A DNA stretch of 64,000 nt from an uncultured virus (IMG/VR IMGVR_UViG_3300043427_001443) (IMGVR_UViG_3300043427_001443), one strand, 5' to 3'; positions 19,878 through 28,190 are shown, counted from the stretch's first letter. The notes: generated by a model not told the origin, from the sequence alone. Numbers and translations: made by a program.

Positions 19878-20080
19878 TGTGGGGTTTTGATCATAGACAG
19901 AGTCGTCCAGTTACTAATGAACTCCTAGACTTAGCCGAACAAGGTGTGCTAACATGGGAACAATTGGCTCGTGACGCACTTGGTTGGATGAGTGAAGCAG
20001 AAGTACAGAGGTTTGCCCAAGCTAACGATTATTTACAGGAGCAGGAAGATGAAGAAGATCATGCAGATGCGGATGCTTAA
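19877..20080 (+). CDS. Hypothetical acidic protein
   Basis: TAATG-coupled ORF. Confidence 0.65.
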   Translation: MWGFDHRQSRPVTNELLDLAEQGVLTWEQLARDALGWMSEAEVQRFAQANDYLQEQEDEEDHADADA

Positions 20081-20207
20081 GAGTCCCAATCCTAGAATTC
20101 ATTTTATGTTGTTTCAGAACAACAGTCCCTTTCGTGCTAGGACTGTTGAGAATAAAAAGCAGTTCCAGCGGCACGAAAAGCATCGTAATCAATCACTTGG
20201 AGATTAA
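20049..20207 (+). CDS. Small basic protein, weakly ArfA-like
   Basis: PFRARTVENKKQFQRHEKH. Confidence 0.5.
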   Translation: MKKIMQMRMLKSPNPRIHFMLFQNNSPFRARTVENKKQFQRHEKHRNQSLGD

Positions 20208-20209
20208 TC

Positions 20210-20407
20210 ATGGCAAAATATGAAGTTACTTATAATTTAGGTCAGCGCAGTCCTAGCGGCGCTAGTTGGTCTGGTAGTACTGCCACAGAAGGACTTAAGA
20301 TGGTGGTTGAGGCCACTGGACCCAACCAAGCTCGAGAAATTGTAGAAGCTATGTTTGGTGGACGAGATCGTTGTCAAGCCTACAATGGCTGGAAAATCAG
20401 CGATTGA
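20210..20407 (+). CDS. Hypothetical protein
   Basis: ORF with GGAG RBS. Confidence 0.65.
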   Translation: MAKYEVTYNLGQRSPSGASWSGSTATEGLKMVVEATGPNQAREIVEAMFGGRDRCQAYNGWKISD

Positions 20408-20423
20408 GTGACCAATATTCTGG

Positions 20424-20464
20424 TTGACCACTAGCCAGTTTTGCTGTAAACTAGTGGTACAGTA
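20424..20464 (+). promoter_or_regulatory. Degenerate early promoter cassette, copy 5
   Basis: TTGACC-17-TAAACT followed by the conserved AGTGGTACAGTA. Confidence 0.65.
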
Positions 20465-20501
20465 GTAAATTTAAATCACTTTTCATCATGGGGTAGTAAA
20501 A

Positions 20502-20945
20502 ATGTCAGACGACAACAAACTTTTCAAAGTAGCAGGTGTTTCAGCAGTCAAGGGTCAGTACAAGGTTCGTTTTGCCAATGATATGGCTCGTGTCAAAGTG
20601 TTGATCAAGACTGATCATACCGATATTGAGCTTATGGAGTTGCCCAGCGCAATGAGCAAAGGTCAGGCTGCGACCTTCCTTAAGACCACCAGTCTTATGG
20701 ACAAAGAGCAATACCGTCATGCCATTGAGGCAGCTGACGCCAAGTACAACTCAGCAGACAAGCCTGCTGTAGCCAAGGTTAAGGTAGCTAAGGCTGCTAA
20801 ACCCAGCAAATCCGCTGCCAAGGCAGCACCCAGCATCGCGGAAATCCGCGCTCGTGCCAAAGCTAGTTCAGCACCTGCTGACATGTTAGGTGAAGCTATT
20901 GCTGCCCTGGTAGCCGAAAGTAAGAAAGAAACCGTGGCCGAATAA
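20502..20945 (+). CDS. Hypothetical protein with Lys/Ala-rich tail (possibly DNA-binding)
   Basis: ORF; hairpin AGGGCAC..GTGCCCTTTT follows. Confidence 0.7.
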   Translation: MSDDNKLFKVAGVSAVKGQYKVRFANDMARVKVLIKTDHTDIELMELPSAMSKGQAATFLKTTSLMDKEQYRHAIEAADAKYNSADKPAVAKVKVAKAAKPSKSAAKAAPSIAEIRARAKASSAPADMLGEAIAALVAESKKETVAE

Positions 20946-21010
20946 GTTGTGCTGGATTAAATACACAGGGCACCAAGTGTGCCCTTTTCACACATCTAAA
21001 GGAGACAGCA

Positions 21011-21709
21011 ATGTTTGATACAGTGGCAGATTGGAATCAGCGTAGTTATAGATCCGCCGCAGAAATAAATGCGGCTATGGCTCGTGTTTATAATTACATG
21101 TTTCTAGCAGTAGCAGTGAGTATGATTGTGAGTTTGGCAGTGGCCGCTAGTCCCGCTGCAATGGCCGTATTCTTCGGTCCCATTACCAAATGGATCACCA
21201 TGTTTGCACCCTTGGTGTTTGTGTTTCTAGTGCCCATGGCTATCAATTCTGGTATTGCTCGAGAAGGGGCTATTGCGTTATTGCTAGCGTTTGCCGGCAT
21301 AATGGGTCTTAGCCTAAGTGCATTCATGGCAGTGTTCACCGGCACGAGTGTGGTCACAGCATTCTTAGGCGCAAGTGTGCTATTTGGAGTCATGAGCCTA
21401 TATGGTTACTTTACTAAAAGCAGTCTTGATAGCATGGGCAAGTATCTTTTTATTGGTCTTATCGCTATTATTATTGCCAGCGTTATTAATATTTTTATCG
21501 GTAGCAGTGTTATGGCCATGGTTATTAGTGCTGTGGCTATTGTTATTTTTCTGGGCTTAACCGCCTACGATACGCAGCAAATTCGTGAGCAAGTAAGTTA
21601 CGCAGATGAAGATCATCGTGCTGAGGTGTTGGGTGCGTTGAGTCTATACTTGAATTTCATTAATATCTTTACCAGCCTACTTAACCTCACAGGATCACGT
21701 AATGATTAA
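21011..21709 (+). CDS. yccA: Bax inhibitor-1/YccA family membrane protein
   Basis: About 7 TM helices; GLTAYDTQ.I, GALSLYL.FIN.F. Confidence 0.9.
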   Translation: MFDTVADWNQRSYRSAAEINAAMARVYNYMFLAVAVSMIVSLAVAASPAAMAVFFGPITKWITMFAPLVFVFLVPMAINSGIAREGAIALLLAFAGIMGLSLSAFMAVFTGTSVVTAFLGASVLFGVMSLYGYFTKSSLDSMGKYLFIGLIAIIIASVINIFIGSSVMAMVISAVAIVIFLGLTAYDTQQIREQVSYADEDHRAEVLGALSLYLNFINIFTSLLNLTGSRND

Positions 21710-22148
21710 ATCTTTGAAAGAGTACATTGAATCTGTGCAAGGCGATACTGTTGGTGAGGAATGGTTTAGTAAAGGTGCGTTTATGGCATATAAACGACCA
21801 GCTCGTGAGCCTTATGAAATATCAGATCAGGCAGGTACCATTGATACCTTAGAAGGGCCAGTACGATATCCTGCGGGATACTATATAATGACTGGTCCCA
21901 AGGGTGAGCGTTATCCTATCAGTCCAGAGCGGTTTAGAGAGATCAAAGTGGACAATGGTGATGGCACTGCTAGTCCAAAGCCTATTCGAAAGTTGGCCAA
22001 AGTAGCAGACCATGCAGGCACAGTTGACACATCCTGGGGAGAAAAGTTACAATATAATCCCGAGGTTGATGTAATTGTGCGTCATGGTCCCGGTGACTAT
22101 GGTGTAGTTAAAGCAGATATTTTCAAACAGACTTACGAAAGAGTGTAA
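21702..22148 (+). CDS. PGDYG-family protein
   Basis: TLEG, GPKGE.YP, HGPGDYGVV...IF..TY. Confidence 0.75.
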   Translation: MIKSLKEYIESVQGDTVGEEWFSKGAFMAYKRPAREPYEISDQAGTIDTLEGPVRYPAGYYIMTGPKGERYPISPERFREIKVDNGDGTASPKPIRKLAKVADHAGTVDTSWGEKLQYNPEVDVIVRHGPGDYGVVKADIFKQTYERV

Positions 22149-22990
22149 TGCCTACTAGATCCAGTTACTGGTCCTGCTCAAAATTTGCCGATTGGCTGCG
22201 AGGCAAACCTAAGGGTGGGCCCAAGACCAGCTCAGAGTGGCAGTCTTGGCGTGAGCAGGCTAAAACTGCTCATGCCATCCGGTATTGGATCGCCGAAGAA
22301 GCCTTGGATCGGATTCAAGATACCTTAATGTGGCCTGTGGATAAATTATATGACCTTAAGTATTACGTTAATAATCGTTGGGTTACTAGTACTCATGCAC
22401 TCACTGCACACCGCCGTGACATCCCTAGAGGACAGTGGTGTGACCTGGGCAACCGTTTTTTACCTTGCTTGTTTAATGAGCTCGTTAATTTTGTTGAAGT
22501 TGAACTAGCATGGAAACATGTGGCCTGTGATCAATCTGTTAGGGCGAAGTATCAAGTTCCTTGGTATGGTCTGGGTTGGTTCCGTTGGCGTACCTGGCGG
22601 AGTGCCCAAGCCGGCATCGACTATCTTAACTGGGAAATCAATCTTGTCAAAGATCGAAGCTGGGGGCTAAGTACCGACGATGCCGAATATGGTGAACCCA
22701 CTGATCAGGCTCGAGCGGCGCTCGAGATCTTGTCGTTATATACGTGGTGGACTCAGGTATATACCAAGCGACAGGATCCGCATGATGAAAGTGGCTGGAG
22801 CGAGGCCTGTGCATTTGGCAGAAAGGAAGGGGGCGACTTTCTCAGTATGTTGGACAATACCGATCCCGAATATGTTGCCATGCGAGATCGTGCTCATGAA
22901 CGCCTGCGCGAGATCGAGGCCCAGCGTGAACAAGAAGATACAGACATGTTGATTCGTTTGATTAAGATTCGCGAACGACTCTGGACATAA
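22148..22990 (+). CDS. Trp-rich hypothetical phage protein
   Basis: Long coupled ORF. Confidence 0.75.
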   Translation: MPTRSSYWSCSKFADWLRGKPKGGPKTSSEWQSWREQAKTAHAIRYWIAEEALDRIQDTLMWPVDKLYDLKYYVNNRWVTSTHALTAHRRDIPRGQWCDLGNRFLPCLFNELVNFVEVELAWKHVACDQSVRAKYQVPWYGLGWFRWRTWRSAQAGIDYLNWEINLVKDRSWGLSTDDAEYGEPTDQARAALEILSLYTWWTQVYTKRQDPHDESGWSEACAFGRKEGGDFLSMLDNTDPEYVAMRDRAHERLREIEAQREQEDTDMLIRLIKIRERLWT

Positions 22991-23045
22991 TTTATCGAGA
23001 CCTGTGTATTCAATTAAATATTTTATCTAAAGGAGATTTTCAATT

Positions 23046-24170
23046 ATGATGTCAATCAAACGTAGGCTAGTGCATTTAGCCGTAGCCTCACTTACCGCTG
23101 TAGCATTAGCGGCTTGTACAAAAAAGGAAGAAGCCAAACCCGCAGAGGCTCCTAAAGCAGCAGAGCAGTTAAAAGTGGGATTTATCTATGTAGGACCAGT
23201 GGGCGATGCTGGATGGACATTTGCACACGACAATGGACGCAAACATATCGAAGCTAAATTTGGCGATAAGATCCAAACCACATTTGTAGAGAAGGTACCC
23301 GAAGGCGCTGACGCAGAACGTGTGATTCGTGACTTGGTAGCACAAGGGCACAAGTTGATTTTTGCAACATCATTTGGATTTGGTGATGCCATGGAGAAAG
23401 TGGCCAAGGACCATCCTGATGTCAAGTTTGAACATGCCACTGGTTATAAAACAAGTGAAAACTTGCGTGTATATGAAGCTAAGTTTTATGAAGATGCTTA
23501 CATGGCTGGTGTAGTAGCAGGTACAGTGACCAAGACCAACACAATTGGATTCGTGGCCAGTTTTCCAATTCCTGAAGTCTTGCGTAATATCAACGCATTT
23601 ACTCTAGGTGCTCGCAGTGTTAATCCTAAAGTAACTACAAAAGTTGTATGGGTAAACACATGGTTTGATCCACCAAAGGAAAGTGAAGCAGCACAAGCAC
23701 TAATCAATCAACGAGCTGATGTATTACTACAAAACACTGACTCCACCGCTGTACTACAAACCGCAGAAAAGAATGGCAAGTTTGCCTTTGGGTGGGATAG
23801 TGATATGAGCGCATTTGCTCCTAAGGCACATTTGGGTTCAGCTGTGGTTAACTGGGGTCCTTACTATGAGAAAGCAGTAAACGATGTGCTTAATGGTACA
23901 TGGAAAACGGCGGATACAAAATGGGGAACCAAAGAAGGCGCTAATGACTTGATCAAGGTCGCCGATACCGTGCCCGAAGCAGCAAAGAAGCGTGTTGACG
24001 AAATCAAAGCAGGATTGAAGGCTGGCACGTTCAATGTGTTCCAAGGTCCGTTAAAGGACAATACTGGTAAGGTAGTATTAGAGAAAGATCAAGCAGCAGA
24101 TGATGCTTGGAAAGGTCGTATTAATTTCTACATCGAAGGTGTTGAAGGTCGGGTTCCAAGCGGCAAATAA
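23046..24170 (+). CDS. BMP-family ABC substrate-binding lipoprotein
   Basis: Lipobox LAAC; VGFIYVGP.GD.GW, FATSFGF, W..TWFDP. Confidence 0.9.
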   Translation: MMSIKRRLVHLAVASLTAVALAACTKKEEAKPAEAPKAAEQLKVGFIYVGPVGDAGWTFAHDNGRKHIEAKFGDKIQTTFVEKVPEGADAERVIRDLVAQGHKLIFATSFGFGDAMEKVAKDHPDVKFEHATGYKTSENLRVYEAKFYEDAYMAGVVAGTVTKTNTIGFVASFPIPEVLRNINAFTLGARSVNPKVTTKVVWVNTWFDPPKESEAAQALINQRADVLLQNTDSTAVLQTAEKNGKFAFGWDSDMSAFAPKAHLGSAVVNWGPYYEKAVNDVLNGTWKTADTKWGTKEGANDLIKVADTVPEAAKKRVDEIKAGLKAGTFNVFQGPLKDNTGKVVLEKDQAADDAWKGRINFYIEGVEGRVPSGK

Positions 24171-24177
24171 ATATTAG

Positions 24178-24530
24178 TTATTGTTGTATGAAGCAAGCAG
24201 AAACGTGCTGCGGACGAGGGTTCGAATCCCTCCCACTCCACCATAAAGAGATTGGATGACAGAAGAAGAAATCAATAAACGGAATTTTAGAATTAACATT
24301 GTTATAATTTCGTTAGTTTATATCGTTGGTTTAACTGTTAACATAGTCTTTTTATGATGGGGTGGTATTAGGTTTCGACGGGGCAAATAGTAAGTAAGTG
24401 GACAACACGAGAGGCGAAGAACGTAATTCTAGCAAAAGCAATAAATGCAAACGATGCATATTTCGGAGATGTTCGCCTAGCAGCGTAACCTCCGCGAGGT
24501 AGGAAAAAGGCCTTGTAACCAAACCAACCT
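24178..24530 (+). ncRNA. ssrA: Circularly permuted (two-piece) tmRNA
   Basis: T arm GAGGG-TTCGAAT-CCCTC plus CCACTCC-ACCA (ends 24243) lies upstream of the 5' strand GGGGTGG (24359), giving G3:U70; tag ANDAYFGDVRLAA* at 24447-24488; outer ends are approximate. Confidence 0.92.
24256..24357 (+). CDS. Putative 33-aa membrane peptide inside the tmRNA intervening segment
   Basis: MTEEEINKRNFRINIVIISLVYIVGLTVNIVFL*. Confidence 0.45.
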   Translation: MTEEEINKRNFRINIVIISLVYIVGLTVNIVFL

Positions 24531-24547
24531 GGGCACTTCGGTGCCCA
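24530..24547 (+). terminator. Terminator hairpin after tmRNA
   Basis: TGGGCAC-TTCG-GTGCCCA then TTCTCTT. Confidence 0.75.
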
Positions 24548-24679
24548 TTCTCTTAGCAGTTATTGGTAATATAACCCTAGTTAATACCATTAACTTATTT
24601 GTTTACTCAGAATATTTGACTTTAAATAAAGTACCGTGTACAGTATACGGGTAGTAATTAGATTTGAAAGGAAATTTTA

Positions 24680-25225
24680 ATGAAGAAACTAATTGCAGTT
24701 TTAGCTCTAGCAGCATCTACTACAGCAGGTGCCACTGGCTGGGCCAGTTTTGATGTAGACTCAGTAAGTGGTCGTAATGGTGCCAAGGACAGTACTGCTC
24801 AATACCTAAGAGTCGGCAAGAGCTTTGGTGATCTTAGCTTAATGGTACAAGGTCGTACCGCAAGGTTCGACGGTGGTGGCTTAGTCAACAGCGTAGAAAC
24901 CACAGTAAGCTCACGCAAAGTCAGCTTAGGGCCAATTAGCCCATTTGTAGGCTTTGGCTATGACAATGGTTTCAACGGTGGTCCAGATTTCAAGTATGGA
25001 CTAGTTGGTGCCACTATGGGTGCTAAAGTAGGTCCCGGTTTCGCTATGTTAGGAGCCAAGACTCGCGTTGGTAGCACTCAAGACAACATGACTAACCAGA
25101 CTGTGGCTTTCGCTAGCTACAGTATGCCAGTAACAAAAAGCCTGGGTGTAAACTTTAATGTAAGTCGCAGTAGCCAAGACATTAAAGAAAACGCAGTTGG
25201 TCTAGGATTAGGCGTCAAGTTCTAA
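24680..25225 (+). CDS. Small outer-membrane beta-barrel protein
   Basis: Signal peptide, amphipathic beta strands, C-terminal Phe (GLGLGVKF). Confidence 0.75.
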   Translation: MKKLIAVLALAASTTAGATGWASFDVDSVSGRNGAKDSTAQYLRVGKSFGDLSLMVQGRTARFDGGGLVNSVETTVSSRKVSLGPISPFVGFGYDNGFNGGPDFKYGLVGATMGAKVGPGFAMLGAKTRVGSTQDNMTNQTVAFASYSMPVTKSLGVNFNVSRSSQDIKENAVGLGLGVKF

Positions 25226-25240
25226 ATCTTGTTCCAGAAG

Positions 25241-25267
25241 AAAAACCTAGGCAAGCCTAGGTTTTTC
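25241..25267 (+). terminator. Intrinsic terminator
   Basis: AAAAACCTAGG-CAAG-CCTAGGTTTTT. Confidence 0.8.
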
Positions 25268-25284
25268 TGTGACTAAATATCTGC

Positions 25285-25929
25285 ATGAAGCGACCCCGAG
25301 CGGCCATATTCGTCAATCATCCAGAATGCAGTGTACAATCAGCCCATGGTATAATACGAGCGTTAAGTTCTGAATATGACACTGCTTGTTTTACAGTTAA
25401 CGACATTCGCGATAATTATTTTCGACGTTTTCAATTAATAGCCTTCCCGGGTGGTATTGGCGACAGCAGTACCTGGCACAGTATTTTAGCACCAACTCAA
25501 GATGTAATTCACAACCAAATTGCACAAGGCAAACATTATCTAGGAGTTTGTATGGGTGCCTACTGGGCCGGACCTCATTATTATAACTTGTTACGTGACA
25601 TTGACACTGTGCAGTATATAAAAAGACCTGATGCCGAAGTGCGACGCAGTTTCAGTACAACTGCGGAAGTCATATGGCGTGGACGTTCTGAACAAATGTT
25701 TTTTTATGACGGATGTAGTCTTGTAGGTCGTAAACGCAATTTTAGGACAATTGCACACTATACAAATGGTGATGCTGCTGCTATAATACAAGGACAAATC
25801 GGTGTTATAGGACCGCATCCTGAGAGCGATAGTTATTGGTACAATAAACCATACCTAGCGCCTTATTGGCATGAGTACAAACATCACAAATTACTTTTAG
25901 ATTTTGCGAACGAATTACTAGGTCGTTGA
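25285..25929 (+). CDS. Class I glutamine-amidotransferase-like (BPL_N type) protein
   Basis: FPGG, YLGVCMGAY, GPHPE triad. Confidence 0.8.
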   Translation: MKRPRAAIFVNHPECSVQSAHGIIRALSSEYDTACFTVNDIRDNYFRRFQLIAFPGGIGDSSTWHSILAPTQDVIHNQIAQGKHYLGVCMGAYWAGPHYYNLLRDIDTVQYIKRPDAEVRRSFSTTAEVIWRGRSEQMFFYDGCSLVGRKRNFRTIAHYTNGDAAAIIQGQIGVIGPHPESDSYWYNKPYLAPYWHEYKHHKLLLDFANELLGR

Positions 25930-25984
25930 CTTTTGTCCAGGACTAAGTATATACTTGTAACACCCACACACAAAGGAGAATAAT

Positions 25985-26518
25985 ATGAAAACCGTAGGTG
26001 ATAAACTCGAACCCTTCGTAGTAACCGGAATCAATCCAGGTAGTGATCAATTTTTTGATATTACCGAACGTTCATACCCAGGCAAATGGAAAGTTGTTGT
26101 ATACTATCCTAAGGATTTTACATTCGTTTGCCCCACAGAAATCGTAGCATATGATAAACTAGCACGAGACTTTGAGGATCGTGATGCAGTATTGCTCACA
26201 GGTAGCACAGACAACGAGTTTTGTAAACTAGCATGGCAGAACGCACATGAGGATCTAAAGAAAATTGTTCATACACAATTTGCAGATACTCAGCGTGGTG
26301 AATTAAGTTTGATCAACCAACTAGGAGTATTTTATGCACCTGCCGGGGCTGCTCTTCGCGCTACTTTTATCATTGATCCTGATAATGTTATTCAGCATGT
26401 TACAGTGAATAACTTGAATGTTGGTCGTAGCCCAGAAGAAACACTGCGTGTATTAGATGCTTGCCAGACTGGTGAACTCTGTGCTTGTAATCGTGCAGTG
26501 GGCGGAGAGACTCTGTAA
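25985..26518 (+). CDS. ahpC: Peroxiredoxin AhpC
   Basis: YPKDFTFVCPTEI, RATFIIDP, VGR, GELC. Confidence 0.95.
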   Translation: MKTVGDKLEPFVVTGINPGSDQFFDITERSYPGKWKVVVYYPKDFTFVCPTEIVAYDKLARDFEDRDAVLLTGSTDNEFCKLAWQNAHEDLKKIVHTQFADTQRGELSLINQLGVFYAPAGAALRATFIIDPDNVIQHVTVNNLNVGRSPEETLRVLDACQTGELCACNRAVGGETL

Positions 26519-26637
26519 TGTTTGAATACGCATCGATTTTGGATGTTTATGAAATCAAGCTCTATATCCTTTGTTTAAGTATTGCTGTGGCTATATGGTT
26601 AGGCAATAAGTTTTACGATAATAGGAATAAGAAATAA
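26518..26637 (+). CDS. Small single-TM protein (39 aa, not in ORF track)
   Basis: MFEYASILDVYEIKLYILCLSIAVAIWLGNKFYDNRNKK*, TAATG-coupled at both ends. Confidence 0.6.
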   Translation: MFEYASILDVYEIKLYILCLSIAVAIWLGNKFYDNRNKK

Positions 26638-27239
26638 TGCTTGAACTCATATGGGCATTAGGTGCCATTATCTTAATTGATGTTGTCTTAGGCGGCGAAA
26701 ATGCTATCGTTATCGCTATGGCCAGTCGTCGCCTACCACCAGACCTACGTAAGCAAGCCATGTTATGGGGTACCGTTGGTGCAGTTGGTGTACGCTTCGC
26801 TTGCGTGGCTGCGCTGACCTATTTGCTGATGATTCCTGGCCTAAGGCTTATCGGCGGTCTGGCCTTGTTGTACATTGCTTGGACCTTGGTACGCACCACA
26901 GAAGAAACTGAGCATGAAGTTGCTGCTGCAAGTACCTTTTGGGGAGCCATGGCTACCATTGTCTGGGCCGATGCTGTAATGGGTTTGGATAATGCTCTTG
27001 CTATTGCTGGAGCAGCAGGCGGTAATTGGTGGCTGATTATATTTGGGCTATTAGTTTCTGTACCTATCATCTTGTTTGGTAGTACCGTAGTAGCCAGGAT
27101 CATGGAACGCTGGCCTAAAACAATTTGGGTAGGTGCTGCTGTTTTAGTTGCAGTTGCTGGCCAAATGATTTATGAAGAACCGTTATTAAAGGAATATATC
27201 AATGCAATGGGTAGACCAACTCAAGGAAGCGATTCCTGA
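26637..27239 (+). CDS. TerC/YjbE-family membrane protein
   Basis: IDVVLGGENA, ADAVMGLDN.LAIAG, FGLLVSVPII. Confidence 0.88.
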   Translation: MLELIWALGAIILIDVVLGGENAIVIAMASRRLPPDLRKQAMLWGTVGAVGVRFACVAALTYLLMIPGLRLIGGLALLYIAWTLVRTTEETEHEVAAASTFWGAMATIVWADAVMGLDNALAIAGAAGGNWWLIIFGLLVSVPIILFGSTVVARIMERWPKTIWVGAAVLVAVAGQMIYEEPLLKEYINAMGRPTQGSDS

Positions 27240-27714
27240 CTACGCCAAAGACACTCGTCTTAACATAGACGCAGTCGTCAAGCGTAGCACACTAGATCCA
27301 GTGGAAGCAGAATGTGTAGCACTTGCTGCTACCTTTGCCACTGGTAACACAAAATTATGGACTTGGATTCAAAGCCAAATCTCAGACACCAAAGAAAGCA
27401 CTGCGGCTATTACAGCGGCTAGTCTCATGGGTATGAACAATGTCTGGTACCCATTTGTGGAAATGGCCAAGGATCCGGCACTAAAAGGACTACCAGCACA
27501 GTTGCGTATGAACGCAATAGCCAGTCATGGCGGAACCACCAAGGTGAGATTTGAATCATACAGCTTGGCTGCTAGTATTGTAGGAAAATGTGAGTTTTGC
27601 GTAAAGGCGCATTACGACACTCTGAAGAAAGAAGGTTACACAGTTGAACAACTAAGAGACATTGGACGCATTGCTGCGGTTATGACTGCTGCGAGTCGTG
27701 TTATGGTAAATTAG
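27202..27714 (+). CDS. ahpD: Alkyl hydroperoxide reductase AhpD
   Basis: IPDYAKD.RLN, MGMNNVWY, LRMN, GKCEFCVKAH. Confidence 0.92.
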   Translation: MQWVDQLKEAIPDYAKDTRLNIDAVVKRSTLDPVEAECVALAATFATGNTKLWTWIQSQISDTKESTAAITAASLMGMNNVWYPFVEMAKDPALKGLPAQLRMNAIASHGGTTKVRFESYSLAASIVGKCEFCVKAHYDTLKKEGYTVEQLRDIGRIAAVMTAASRVMVN

Positions 27715-27789
27715 TTGTCAACTTTTTACACACACAGGCGTTAATATATATGTAGCCTAGGCTACGCAACTTTTCAAAAGGAAATCAAA

Positions 27790-27933
27790 ATGAAATCAGT
27801 TATCGCAACCCTTATCGCTGCTTTTGCAGTAACCTCAGCTTTTGCAGCAGACGCTAAGAAAGAAGAGCCTAAAAAAGATGCACCCAAGGCCGAGGCCAAG
27901 AAAGACGAAAAGAAAGCCGAAGCAAAGAAGTAA
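27790..27933 (+). CDS. Small secreted Lys/Glu/Ala-rich peptide (47 aa, not in ORF track)
   Basis: MKSVIATLIAAFAVTSAFA|ADAKKEEPKKDAPKAEAKKDEKKAEAKK*, AAGGA RBS. Confidence 0.8.
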   Translation: MKSVIATLIAAFAVTSAFAADAKKEEPKKDAPKAEAKKDEKKAEAKK

Positions 27934-28151
27934 TTCTAGCACGTCGTAGTACAGCACAATTTCTGCATTTAAAGGGCGAAGTTGACGATACCGAAGTTGT
28001 AGTATTTGATGATTCAATTGCACGTAATCTTAATCGGTTACGTGTCAAAAATCTCGAAGATGACAGCCAAGAACTTCCGGAACCTATTAGAAAGAAATTG
28101 TGGTTGGCTCGACAATTAGCATTACTAAAATTTGATGAATTACATTCATGA
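27930..28151 (+). CDS. Start-less -1 frame ORF, putative frameshift extension of the 27790 gene
   Basis: Frame open 27873-28148; VILARRSTAQ...KKLWLARQLALLKFDELHS*. Confidence 0.5.
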   Translation, partial: VILARRSTAQFLHLKGEVDDTEVVVFDDSIARNLNRLRVKNLEDDSQELPEPIRKKLWLARQLALLKFDELHS

Positions 28152-28157
28152 AATTAT

Positions 28158-28183
28158 CAAAGGCTCTAAGGAGCCTTTGTTTA
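28158..28183 (+). terminator. Intrinsic terminator
   Basis: CAAAGGCTC-TAAG-GAGCCTTTG-TTT. Confidence 0.8.
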
Positions 28184-28190
28184 TGATTGC

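Noticed and set aside
24211..24243. Apparent tRNA 3' half or attP-like tRNA fragment
   Set aside because: No D or anticodon arm upstream; the matching 5' strand and a tag ORF lie downstream, so it is the tmRNA acceptor piece
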